Assembly (NCBI GenBank): GCA_023389895.1 | Contig: JAEWDX010000125.1 | Coordinates: forward strand, 1-46,111 | DNA from: Bacillota bacterium | Lineage (GTDB): Bacteria; Bacillota; Bacilli; Bacillales; Cytobacillaceae | Reading direction: 5' to 3' | DNA: 46,111 nucleotides | Shown: piece by piece, positions 29,880 to 39,397 of the stretch | Position numbering within the stretch: position 1 is the first letter of the stretch | How the letters are laid out: every line of letters begins with the position of its first letter | Program-made: the position numbers and the translations under genes | Notes under the pieces: generated by a model | What the model was told of the DNA's origin: nothing | Database searches by the model: none | The model's input: the letters and a program-made list of their open reading frames with translations, nothing else

Positions 29880-30023
29880 TTTCCTATTAATCAAATGGCA
29901 AGTTGATAAATGATTTAAAGGGTATATACACTATTGTTATGTTGTAAATTAGTTGGATTAACATACCATTGTTGCTATAATTGATAATAGAACGACTGCG
30001 GATAGCAGAAAGGAAAGAATCGG

Positions 30024-30233
30024 ATGCTACAATGGTATGTTTTATCATTATTTTTATATTTTCCTGAAGACAAAACAGAGTATATTCCTGCCGCGATTAG
30101 TTTTACGATATTTTTCATTCTTTGTGTGTTGTTTTACCGTTTCCTTGTGAGAATCTCCAAGCGAGAAGAAATAAAATTTAAAGAGCTAGAAGAGCGTTTG
30201 AAACAGCAAATAGATAGTAATGAGAACAGTTAA
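30024..30233 (+). CDS. Small membrane protein of unknown function
   Basis: RBS AAAGGA; FLYFPEDKTEYIPA motif, TM helix, coiled-coil tail. Confidence 0.7.
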   Translation: MLQWYVLSLFLYFPEDKTEYIPAAISFTIFFILCVLFYRFLVRISKREEIKFKELEERLKQQIDSNENS

Positions 30234-30314
30234 TGATCGACTGTTCTTTTCTTTTTGTAAAAAACATCCATTACCTTTGAGTATTTGGACTAAATAAACC
30301 ATGTTATTTGCAGA

Positions 30315-30383
30315 TATCCGTCACTTACAGCTGATTATCCGTCAAATTTTGATTATATCCGTCCCTTTTTACAAATATCCGTC
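30315..30383. repeat. Periodic array: 4 x TATCCGTC at 20-21-bp spacing with variable spacers
   Basis: Motif at 30315, 30336, 30356, 30376. Confidence 0.9.
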
Positions 30384-30473
30384 ATTTCGCATAATGGCGA
30401 TATTCTAGCCTGTTTACTACTGGGCGATTTTGGTAACAATAACAGAGAATATCTTGATGGAGGATTTAAGAAA

Positions 30474-31004
30474 ATGAAAAAAGCTTGGATGCTTATTTTA
30501 TTTCTATTTTTAGCAGGGTGTACAGAAGAGAAGATTACAAATACAAAGGTTGAAATGTTTAATGCTGACGGTGATTCATTAGGAAAAATAAAGCTAGAGG
30601 AACAGGCAAAGGGAGTTAAACTAAAAGTTGATTTAAAAGGGCTAACGCCTGGAGTGCATGCTATCCATTTTCATGATAACGGGACTTGTGGACCACCTGA
30701 TTTCAAATCTGCTGGCAATCATTTCAACCCTGATGAGAAGAAGCATGGATTATTGAATCCTAAAGGCCCTCATGCAGGTGATCTTCCTAACTTAATCGTA
30801 AAAGATAATGGGGAAGTAAAGGTTGATCTGATCGCACCAAACGTAACTTTAAAAAAGGGAAAGAAAACATCTTTATTTACAAAAGACGGAACTTCGATTG
30901 TCATTCATGAGGATGCCGATGACGGGATGACACAGCCAGCAGGTGACTCGGGTGAACGAATTGCTTGTGGTTCTGTAGGAAAGGAAAAAGGCAAAGAAAA
31001 GTGA
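30474..31004 (+). CDS. sodC: Lipoprotein Cu/Zn superoxide dismutase
   Basis: Lipobox LAGC; HFH, GNHFNP, KHG, HAGDLPN, VIH, GERIACG motifs. Confidence 0.9.
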   Translation: MKKAWMLILFLFLAGCTEEKITNTKVEMFNADGDSLGKIKLEEQAKGVKLKVDLKGLTPGVHAIHFHDNGTCGPPDFKSAGNHFNPDEKKHGLLNPKGPHAGDLPNLIVKDNGEVKVDLIAPNVTLKKGKKTSLFTKDGTSIVIHEDADDGMTQPAGDSGERIACGSVGKEKGKEK

Positions 31005-31026
31005 ATGTAAAGAGTATGCCGATAGT

Positions 31027-31170
31027 CATGACTTCCTTTGGAGGTTGAAAATCCATATCGGCTACTCACATTGGTAGAACATCACTTATTCCAAATATTT
31101 TTTTAGTCAATCCCCACTTAACGGAGGAGGTATTTTCCCGGTTAATAACTTGATCAAAATGATGCTGCAT
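31027..31170 (-). pseudogene. patB: 5' remnant of patB (MalY/PatB PLP-dependent C-S lyase)
   Basis: Manual translation MQHHFDQVINRENTSSVKWGLTKKIFGISDVLPM*VADMDFQPPKEVM; LPMWVADMDF signature with W changed to TGA at 31068-31066; truncated after ~48 codons; RBS GGAG; syntenic position. Confidence 0.88.
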
Positions 31171-31339
31171 TTCATCTCCACTTTTTCGAAAATAATTAGT
31201 TTTATACTATCGCAGTTTAACAGGATAGCCAACCAAAATCCTTAACGTTTTGCGGACTAAGCTTCCAATGTTAAGGTGAGATGTGAGAGATTTCACATAT
31301 TAAGTGACCCCTTAATTGTAGCTTTGCAAACGTAGTCTG

Positions 31340-32167
31340 TTAGTCTGCGAGAAACTCGGTTACATATTGCATGACTTCAATTGGCCGTTCTTCGGGTACA
31401 AGATGTCCTACTCCTTGTAAAATAATAAGTTCTGAGTTTTTTAAGTCTTTCTTTAATTGCTTCCCAATATGAAGGGGGACCACTTTATCATGCTCTCCCC
31501 AAATGAGTAAACACGGTGTTTCAATTTGCATCAGATCTTCCTTAGACAAATCATCTTCTCGATCTCGAATCATTCTCGTTAAGGCAGGGAAAATTTCCGG
31601 ATGCAAAAATGGCTCTAAATACCCCTTTTCCATCTCTTCATCAATAATTTCCTGATTATGGACAACAAGCTGTAAATTCTGCTCTAATCCAGACTTTTCT
31701 AAGTATCGTTTTACAAAAAGATGGGCGAAAGGGAAATAGCTTAATAATCGGAGTGAAGGCTTCATTCTTTTTAAATAGGCTGAGCCGGATAATAGAATAA
31801 GCTTTTTTATGAGATCGGGACGTAAATTAGCTATATTTAAGGCAATTTGTCCACCCATTGAATGCCCAATGATCGAATAATCCTTTCGTGCAAATTTTTC
31901 AAGGAGCTTAATGATTGTTTTGGCAAGGTTCTCGTTAGAATAAATAAACTGCTTTCGTTTTCCACTTTTCCCAAAAGGGGGCCAATCAATTAAAATGACA
32001 TTGTAGTGATGCTTTAAAAATGGAATGAGATGCCGAAAGCTAAAGGAAGAAGAGAGAAAACCGTGTAAACATACGATTGTTTCCTTCGCATTTTCAAGAG
32101 AATAAAATTCATAATATAATTCAATTTCATTAATGGTTATGTATCTTTCAAAGCCCTTTTCTTTCAT
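31340..32167 (-). CDS. yugF: Alpha/beta hydrolase (YugF-like)
   Basis: LHGFLSS, GHSMGG, WGEHD, GHLVPEE motifs; synteny. Confidence 0.85.
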   Translation of the reverse strand: MKEKGFERYITINEIELYYEFYSLENAKETIVCLHGFLSSSFSFRHLIPFLKHHYNVILIDWPPFGKSGKRKQFIYSNENLAKTIIKLLEKFARKDYSIIGHSMGGQIALNIANLRPDLIKKLILLSGSAYLKRMKPSLRLLSYFPFAHLFVKRYLEKSGLEQNLQLVVHNQEIIDEEMEKGYLEPFLHPEIFPALTRMIRDREDDLSKEDLMQIETPCLLIWGEHDKVVPLHIGKQLKKDLKNSELIILQGVGHLVPEERPIEVMQYVTEFLAD

Positions 32168-32423
32168 CCTATATAATCTCCTATGATCTTTCACAAAGTT
32201 TCACTTTACTCCCAAAATTCCCTGGAACTTTATCATTTAGGAGGTCGTGGGGGTTTATTAGTCAGATAGCTCGTTAAGCTCTAATAAACCTATTTTACCC
32301 GAAAATTAGAATATCAGTATTTTTCGTGTTCAACGGGTAATGTTCACATTCTCTCTTAATTGTGGTATAATTTTAAATTGCGAATAAGAGGGTATAAAAT
32401 TATATAAATTTAGGAGTGTTCCC

Positions 32424-32825
32424 ATGTCAGAGAAAATTGAAGTAGGAAGTGTTATAACGGGAAAGGTTACTGGTGTACAGCCATATGGTGCATTTGTTGC
32501 ATTAGATGAAAATACACAAGGATTAGTTCATATTTCCGAGGTTACACACGGATTTGTGAAGGATATTACTGAACATCTTAAAGTTGGAGATGAAGTTACG
32601 GTTAAAGTATTATCAATTGATGAAGCAGCAGGAAAAATTGGCTTATCGATTCGTGCAACAATGGAGGCGCCTGCCGAAGAGGAAGTAAAGGCAAAAAAAC
32701 CTCGCAAACGTCAAGCAGCCCCAATTAATATCGACAATGATTCTACACAAGGCTTTAATACGCTTAAAGATAAGCTTCAAGAATGGATTGATCAATCACA
32801 ACGTGATGATGTAATTAAAAAGTAA
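32424..32825 (+). CDS. yugI: S1-domain general stress protein GSP13
   Basis: GKVTGVQPYGAFV..QGLVHISE; GFNTLKDKL.EW. Confidence 0.93.
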   Translation: MSEKIEVGSVITGKVTGVQPYGAFVALDENTQGLVHISEVTHGFVKDITEHLKVGDEVTVKVLSIDEAAGKIGLSIRATMEAPAEEEVKAKKPRKRQAAPINIDNDSTQGFNTLKDKLQEWIDQSQRDDVIKK

Positions 32826-32829
32826 TGCT

Positions 32830-32855
32830 AAACCGGGCTTAGCCCGGTTTTCTTT
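32830..32855 (+). terminator. Intrinsic terminator after yugI
   Basis: AAACCGGGC-TTA-GCCCGGTTT plus T tract. Confidence 0.85.
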
Positions 32856-33029
32856 ATCTAATAAATCTTGTAAAATGGAAGGAGATCCTTTCATTTCTGA
32901 ATGATTTTGTAAAAGGGAATGATATTTTTTTCTCTTATTTTTTCAGAAAACTTGTTTGATTCAGAAAATATCTACGGAACAAATAGCGTAATGGGGTAGT
33001 CAAAGAAGACGAATCGAGGAGTGAGTTGA

Positions 33030-34379
33030 ATGGCCTATTTTAAAAAGGTGCTTATTGCAAATAGGGGAGAAATTGCCCGAAGAATCATTCGTACATGTAA
33101 TAGACTTGGAATACAAACGGTTGCAGTTTATTCTGAAGCAGATGCAGAGTCTCCCCATGTAAGAGAGGCGACAGAGGCAGTATGTATTGGCCCAGCGCAA
33201 GTGAAAATGAGTTATCTTCAGATTAATAATCTTATTCAAGCAGCGAAAGAAACAAAGGCGGATGCTATTCATCCTGGCTATGGATTTCTTTCGGAAAATC
33301 CGAGCTTTGTTGAGCGCTGCCAGCAGGAAAATATTGTGTTCATCGGTCCTTCTGCTGAAACAATCCGTTTAATGGGCAGTAAGCTTGAAGCGAGGAATCA
33401 AATGCTAAAGGCAGGGGTTAACGTTGTCCCAGGTACAGATAAGAGCATTGATTCAGTTGAAGAAGCTATTCGATTAGCAGATGGATTCGGCTACCCACTG
33501 ATGCTAAAAGCAAGTGCAGGCGGCGGTGGGATCGGCATGCAGCTCGTTCAAAATGAGAATGAATTAAGAAGGCATTTTGAGGGAACAAGGCAAAAGGCGC
33601 TGTCGTTTTTTCATGATGGAACGGTTTTTCTAGAGAAATGGATCACAAGGCCTCGTCATATTGAAGTACAAATTGCAGCTGATAAATTCGGAAATATTGT
33701 TCATTTATTTGAGAGAGAATGCTCCATCCAGCGGCGCAACCAGAAGGTTATCGAGGAGGCGCCATCCCCTTTTCTCGATGAGGAGCTAAGAAATAAGTTA
33801 GTAGAGGCTGCTATTCGTGGGGTAAAGCAAATTGGCTATACGAATGTGGGGACAATGGAATTTATCTTCGATGAACATCATAATTTTTATTTTCTAGAAA
33901 TGAATACGCGTCTTCAAGTTGAGCATCCAGTGACAGAAGAAATTACGGGACTTGATTTAGTCGAGCTGCAATTGAAAATCGCGGCAGGAGAAACATTACC
34001 ATTCACACAAAATGAGCTGGAAAGGAATGGACATGCGATTGAATGCAGACTTTATGCAGAAGATCCGGAGACATTTTTCCCATCACCAGGGATGATTTCA
34101 AAGCTGACTGTTCCGGAAACTGGTGTAAGGCTTGATTTCGGTGTTGTTGAAGGAAGTGTTGTATCGCCATTCTACGATCCGATGATTGGCAAAATTATTG
34201 TTCATGGGATGAATCGTCAGCATGCGATAACAAATATGCAGCAAGCACTTGAAGAGATCGATCTTCAAGGGATAAAGACTAACCTCCCGTTGTTAAAAAA
34301 AATCATGAAAGATTCCGAATTTCATAGTGGAAGCTATACAACTGAGTTTCTAGCTTCGAAAAAAGTAAAAAACGGATAG
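33030..34379 (+). CDS. Biotin carboxylase (AccC/YngH-like)
   Basis: KVLIANRGEIA, HPGYGFLSEN, GGGGIGM, RECSIQRR, EMNTRLQVEHPVTE motifs. Confidence 0.93.
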   Translation: MAYFKKVLIANRGEIARRIIRTCNRLGIQTVAVYSEADAESPHVREATEAVCIGPAQVKMSYLQINNLIQAAKETKADAIHPGYGFLSENPSFVERCQQENIVFIGPSAETIRLMGSKLEARNQMLKAGVNVVPGTDKSIDSVEEAIRLADGFGYPLMLKASAGGGGIGMQLVQNENELRRHFEGTRQKALSFFHDGTVFLEKWITRPRHIEVQIAADKFGNIVHLFERECSIQRRNQKVIEEAPSPFLDEELRNKLVEAAIRGVKQIGYTNVGTMEFIFDEHHNFYFLEMNTRLQVEHPVTEEITGLDLVELQLKIAAGETLPFTQNELERNGHAIECRLYAEDPETFFPSPGMISKLTVPETGVRLDFGVVEGSVVSPFYDPMIGKIIVHGMNRQHAITNMQQALEEIDLQGIKTNLPLLKKIMKDSEFHSGSYTTEFLASKKVKNG

Positions 34380-34551
34380 AATGGTGATTGAGATTCGCCT
34401 TTAAAGAAAAAATTTAATAGTAAGCAATGGGGCTCTTCGTTGATACGGAGAGCCTCTTATTTGATCAGGAAGATATGCCAATCTAGTAGGAACCAATTTC
34501 TGTAGCACCGGGTAAAATAACTACGAAGTGTTTCGTTTTGGAGGGGGAAAT

Positions 34552-35718
34552 ATGAGGGAAGATGAGTTAATTTTTAATGCGATCGAACAGACAAGAAAAT
34601 CAGACAATAAATCAGCATTAGCAACGATTGTAAATGTTAAAGGCTCAGCCTATCGGCGTGAAGGAGCGAAAATGTTTATTCATGAAAATGATCATGTTAT
34701 CGGCATGCTATCTGGTGGCTGTCTTGAAGCAGATGTGATTGAGGAAGCTAGAGCGGTTATGAGATCAGGAGAACCATTGCTCAAAACGTATGAGCTTGAT
34801 GAAGCGCTTGTTTGGGGGCTGGGGCTCGGTTGTCCTGGAACGGTAAAAATATATATTGAACCAATTTACTCTTTTAGGGAAGAGAAAATGGCTGAACAAC
34901 TGAATTCTCCGTTTGAAATGTGGTTAAGGAATATGAAGGAAGAAAAGGAAGGAATATTAGCAACCGTCCTCCCCGATCACAAATTTAAGAATGGAAATAA
35001 GAATCAAGGACGTTTCTTTATTTCCCGAGAGAATGGAGATTTTGGGGATCTCGGTGATGAGAACCTGAATCTACAAGTAAGGAAAATCGCAAAAAATAAA
35101 TTAGCTGAGGAGAATTCGCACTCAGAAACATGTTTATTGATGCTCCCGAGTGGAGAAGAAATGAATGTTTTTCTTGATGTTTATCTTCCGCCAGCAGAAA
35201 TTATGATTTTCGGAGCAGGGCATGATGCAGTTCCAGTAGCAAAGTACGCTGTTTCACTAGGCTTTAAAACAACGATTGTTGATGAAAGAGAAGCATATAA
35301 CAATGAGGAGAGATTTCCTCATACAGAAAGGCTTATTATTAGCAAAAGTGAATTTCACGAGAAACTAACGATTGGACAGAGGACTTATATAATTGTGATG
35401 AATCATCATCTCGAAAAAGATAGCGAAACATTGAAATTTGCTTTGCCCTCAAAATCACCTTATATTGGGGTTCTTGGTCCGTATAAACGGAGAACAAAAA
35501 TATTGGCTGCGATTAAAGAGGAAGGAATCTCGTATGGTGAATGGGAATTAAAGCGATTGTATAGTCCGATTGGCTTAAATATTGGTGCTGTTACACCTGA
35601 GGAAATCGCAATTAGCGTCATTGCAGAAGTCATTGCGAAGAAAAACGGATATACGGGTGGTTTTTTACAAGGTTCTGAATGTATTCACCATCCTAAGCGT
35701 AATAGATTACTAGTGTAG
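34552..35718 (+). CDS. XdhC/CoxI molybdenum-cofactor chaperone
   Basis: GSAYRREGA, LSGGCLE, GLGC.G, FGAGHDA, PIGLNIGA.TPEEIA motifs. Confidence 0.9.
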   Translation: MREDELIFNAIEQTRKSDNKSALATIVNVKGSAYRREGAKMFIHENDHVIGMLSGGCLEADVIEEARAVMRSGEPLLKTYELDEALVWGLGLGCPGTVKIYIEPIYSFREEKMAEQLNSPFEMWLRNMKEEKEGILATVLPDHKFKNGNKNQGRFFISRENGDFGDLGDENLNLQVRKIAKNKLAEENSHSETCLLMLPSGEEMNVFLDVYLPPAEIMIFGAGHDAVPVAKYAVSLGFKTTIVDEREAYNNEERFPHTERLIISKSEFHEKLTIGQRTYIIVMNHHLEKDSETLKFALPSKSPYIGVLGPYKRRTKILAAIKEEGISYGEWELKRLYSPIGLNIGAVTPEEIAISVIAEVIAKKNGYTGGFLQGSECIHHPKRNRLLV

Positions 35719-35727
35719 GTGAAGGAT

Positions 35728-36351
35728 ATGACCGCTTCAATTGGGGCAATCATTCTTGCAGCAGGTGCTTCAACTAGGATGGGAAAGGCGAAGCAATTGC
35801 TGTTATTAAATGAGCAGCCAATGCTTGAACATGTTATTTGTCGTACAATTGCTGTTCCGTTTTCTGAGATTATTGTAGTCGTTGGGTTTGCAGCGCAAAC
35901 GATTCAACAAGCGATTTCCATTAAGGATCATCGACTGCGCTGGGTCATAAACAATGACTATTCTATTGGTCAAAGCTCTTCCTTAAAAAAAGGGATAACA
36001 AATTTTACTAAGAAACATGATGGCCTAATGATCTTTCTCGGAGATTTACCGTTTATTTTAGATGAAACAATTCAATCTGTCTTTCAAGTAGGAATGAAGA
36101 TGTTACAAGAATGCGGGGAAAGTTATATTGTTCAGCCAAGTTATTATGGGCAAATCGGTCATCCGGTCTTTTTCGGTCATCTTGATCAAAGCTTATTTAT
36201 GAATATAAAGGGAGATACAGGAGCAAAAATAATAAAAAGACAGATTTCCTGTCATAAGCAGCTTATTGTAGAGGATAAAGGGATAATATTTGATATTGAT
36301 ACACCTGAAGAATATGAAGAGGCAAAAAAATATTGGCATGAGAATGACTGA
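35728..36351 (+). CDS. Molybdenum cofactor cytidylyltransferase (MocA/PucB-like)
   Basis: ILAAGASTRMG..KQLL, GQSSSL, LGDLP, GHPV.F, GDTGA, DIDTPE motifs. Confidence 0.85.
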   Translation: MTASIGAIILAAGASTRMGKAKQLLLLNEQPMLEHVICRTIAVPFSEIIVVVGFAAQTIQQAISIKDHRLRWVINNDYSIGQSSSLKKGITNFTKKHDGLMIFLGDLPFILDETIQSVFQVGMKMLQECGESYIVQPSYYGQIGHPVFFGHLDQSLFMNIKGDTGAKIIKRQISCHKQLIVEDKGIIFDIDTPEEYEEAKKYWHEND

Positions 36352-36476
36352 TTTGCTTAAAGGATAAACAGTATCGGTTAATTTAATTTGTTGAGGAATC
36401 TTGTTTTTTAATGAAATATGTAGAAAAATAACGTAGAATGAAAGGAAAGGCTTAATCAGCAAGGAGGACCTAATTG

Positions 36477-37676
36477 ATGACTGAATTAACGAAATCTAAT
36501 GCAATTATTGAACAAACAGAGAAATATGGTGCAAATAACTATCATCCACTGCCAATCGTAATTTCAAACGCTGAGGGTGTATGGGTTGAAGATCCAGAGG
36601 GCAATAAATATTTAGATATGTTAAGTGCTTACTCAGCTGTAAATCAAGGGCATCGTCATCCGAAAATTATTCAAGCATTAAAGGAACAAGCAGATCGGGC
36701 AACATTAACATCACGTGCATTTCATAATGATCAGCTTGGACCTTGGTATGAAAAGATTTGTCAACTGACAAATAAAGAGATGGCTCTACCGATGAATACT
36801 GGGGCAGAAGCTGTTGAAACCGCCATTAAGGCTGCTCGTCGCTGGGCGTATGATGTGAAGGGCATAGCGGATAACAAAGCAGAAATCATTGCCTGTGTTG
36901 GCAACTTCCACGGACGTACAATGCTAGCTGTGTCTCTTTCAGCAGATGAGGAATACAAGCGTGGATTCGGTCCAATGCTGCCAGGCATTAAATTAATTCC
37001 TTATGGGGATTTAGAGGCATTAAAGGGCGCGATTACTGAAAATACAGCAGCCTTCTTAATTGAGCCAATCCAAGGTGAAGCAGGCATTCTCATTCCGACT
37101 GAAGGATTTTTGAAGGAAGCGTATAATCTTTGTAAGGAAAATAACGTTTTATTTATTGCTGATGAGATTCAAGCTGGTTTAGCACGTTCAGGGAAAATGT
37201 TTGCTTGTGATTGGGAAGACGTTGTTCCTGATATGTATATTTTAGGAAAAGCTTTAGGCGGCGGTGTGTTGCCAATTTCATGTGTAGTTGCCGATAAAGA
37301 TATTTTAGGGGTATTTAATCCTGGTTCACACGGTTCGACATTTGGCGGTAATCCAATGGCCTGTGCGGTTTCGATTGCGGCGCTAGACGTTTTAATTGAT
37401 GAGCAGCTTGCTGAACGTTCACTCGAGATGGGCGAATATTTTATGTCAAAGCTGAAAGAAATTAACAATCCAATGATTAAGGATGTTCGTGGACGTGGTT
37501 TATTTATTGGGGTTGAATTAACAGAGCCAGCCCGTAAATATTGTGAGCTTTTGAAGGAAGAAGGCCTGTTATGTAAGGAAACACATGACACGGTTATTCG
37601 CTTTGCTCCACCACTCGTGATTAGCAAGGAAGATTTAGACTGGGCAATTGAAAGAATTAAGAAAGTTTTAAGCTAA
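36477..37676 (+). CDS. rocD: Ornithine aminotransferase
   Basis: [43 protein letters not shown] motifs. Confidence 0.95.
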   Translation: MTELTKSNAIIEQTEKYGANNYHPLPIVISNAEGVWVEDPEGNKYLDMLSAYSAVNQGHRHPKIIQALKEQADRATLTSRAFHNDQLGPWYEKICQLTNKEMALPMNTGAEAVETAIKAARRWAYDVKGIADNKAEIIACVGNFHGRTMLAVSLSADEEYKRGFGPMLPGIKLIPYGDLEALKGAITENTAAFLIEPIQGEAGILIPTEGFLKEAYNLCKENNVLFIADEIQAGLARSGKMFACDWEDVVPDMYILGKALGGGVLPISCVVADKDILGVFNPGSHGSTFGGNPMACAVSIAALDVLIDEQLAERSLEMGEYFMSKLKEINNPMIKDVRGRGLFIGVELTEPARKYCELLKEEGLLCKETHDTVIRFAPPLVISKEDLDWAIERIKKVLS

Positions 37677-37727
37677 TTTCACGATTGTTTCTAACATATT
37701 CGTGCAATTGCATAATGTAAATTTAGT

Positions 37728-37779
37728 AAGCCATTATTGGACAAGTGAGAAAATTACTTGTCTAATAATGGCTTTTTTT
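37728..37779 (+). terminator. Intrinsic terminator after rocD
   Basis: AAGCCATTATTGGACAAGT/ACTTGTCTAATAATGGCTT plus T tract. Confidence 0.85.
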
Positions 37780-37794
37780 GCAAAAAAATATTTC

Positions 37795-37849
37795 TTGACC
37801 ACTGTGGTCTAAAAGTTTATGTTATAAACAAATAGACCACGATGGTCTA
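37795..37849 (+). promoter_or_regulatory. Sigma-A promoter with two TetR-type operators
   Basis: TTGACC-N17-TATGTT; palindromes GACCAC-T-GTGGTC (37797-37809) and TAGACCA-CGA-TGGTCTA (37833-37849). Confidence 0.8.
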
Positions 37850-37872
37850 AAAAGTCGAGAAGAGGTGATTGG

Positions 37873-38499
37873 ATGAATGAAGCATTTCTGAAACTTGATT
37901 CAGAGAAACGAGAACGAATTTTGCAAGCTGCCTATGAGGAATTTACGGAACATAGCTATGATAATGCATCGACAAATCGAATTGTCAAAAAAGCGAAAAT
38001 CGGGAAGGGAATGCTTTTTTACTATTTTGGTAATAAGGAAGACCTTTTTCATTATTTAATTGATTATGGTCTGGACTTTATCCAAGAGGGCTATTTAGGA
38101 AAACTGGAACAATCTACACATGATTTTATTGAAAGATGTAAATTACTTGGACAAGAAAAAATGGCAGCTTACGCTAAAGCACCTTATATTATCGACTTTT
38201 TTGCAAAGGTATATATAAACAATCAACTTAACGAGTTACCTTTAGGGATAGCAGAAAAAAGGGAGCAGATGATGCAATTAGCATACAATCAACTTTATGC
38301 TAATCTCGATTATTCATTATTTCGTGAGGATATTCCTCATGGAGAAGCAATGAAAATGATTAAATGGATTTTTGATGGTTATGAGAAGGAGCTTACGAAC
38401 CAGTTAAAAGACATCGATATTTCCTATGAAAATGTCCTACCGTTCTTAGATGAGTATGAAGACTTTTTAGAAATAATTAAGCGCACCTTTTATAAATAA
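37873..38499 (+). CDS. TetR/AcrR family regulator
   Basis: ILQAAYEEF...ASTNRIVKKAKIGKGMLFYYFGNKEDLF HTH. Confidence 0.93.
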   Translation: MNEAFLKLDSEKRERILQAAYEEFTEHSYDNASTNRIVKKAKIGKGMLFYYFGNKEDLFHYLIDYGLDFIQEGYLGKLEQSTHDFIERCKLLGQEKMAAYAKAPYIIDFFAKVYINNQLNELPLGIAEKREQMMQLAYNQLYANLDYSLFREDIPHGEAMKMIKWIFDGYEKELTNQLKDIDISYENVLPFLDEYEDFLEIIKRTFYK

Positions 38500-38512
38500 G
38501 GGGGAAGAAAAG

Positions 38513-39394
38513 ATGACGGTATTAGAGATGTCCAATATAACGAAGAAATTCGGGAAATTCACTGCATTAGACGGGGTAAACCTAGAGGTGAAAAGTGGAG
38601 AAATTTACGGATTTATTGGGCCAAACGGTGCTGGGAAATCAACTAGTATTCGGATTATCCTCGGAATTTTACAAGCTACTAGCGGAAAGGCAACTGTTTT
38701 TGGAAAAGATGCTTGGAAAGATGCTGTAGATATTCATAGAAGAGTTGCTTATGTTCCTGGTGATGTAAACTTATGGCCTAATCTTACTGGTGGTGAAGTC
38801 ATCGATTTATTTACAAAATTACAAGGAACAAACAGACCAAAAAAACGGGAAAATCTATTAGAACGGTTTCATTTAGACCCTTCAAAGAAATGTCGCACGT
38901 ATTCAAAAGGAAATCGCCAAAAAATTGCCTTAGTTGCAGCGTTTGCTTCAAATGCCGATCTATTTATATTAGATGAGCCAACATCCGGCTTAGATCCATT
39001 AATGGAAAGGGTATTTCATGAGTGTGTCATGGAAATGAAAGCAGAAGGAAAAAGCGTCCTGCTCTCTAGCCATATTCTTTCTGAAGTAGAAAAGCTTTGT
39101 GACAAGATCAGTATTATTCGACGAGGTAAAATGATTGAAGCTGGTACGTTAGAGGAGCTTCGTCATTTAACAAGAACAAATATGTTCGTCAAAACTGCTC
39201 AACTAATGCCCAATTTTGAATCATTGACAGGGGTGCATGAATTAAAACGAACAGAAGACGGAATCTCCTTCCAGTTAGATACGAAAGAAACAGCTGCCGT
39301 CATGACCTATATGAGCCAATATGGCATTGTGAAATTGGAAAGTGCAGCACCTACATTAGAGGATCTGTTTATGAGTCACTATAAAGGTGTTTAG
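38513..39394 (+). CDS. ABC exporter ATPase (TnrB2/DrrA-like)
   Basis: Walker A GPNGAGKS, signature YSKGNRQK, LDEPTSGLD, SSH. Confidence 0.93.
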   Translation: MTVLEMSNITKKFGKFTALDGVNLEVKSGEIYGFIGPNGAGKSTSIRIILGILQATSGKATVFGKDAWKDAVDIHRRVAYVPGDVNLWPNLTGGEVIDLFTKLQGTNRPKKRENLLERFHLDPSKKCRTYSKGNRQKIALVAAFASNADLFILDEPTSGLDPLMERVFHECVMEMKAEGKSVLLSSHILSEVEKLCDKISIIRRGKMIEAGTLEELRHLTRTNMFVKTAQLMPNFESLTGVHELKRTEDGISFQLDTKETAAVMTYMSQYGIVKLESAAPTLEDLFMSHYKGV

Positions 39395-39397
39395 GAG

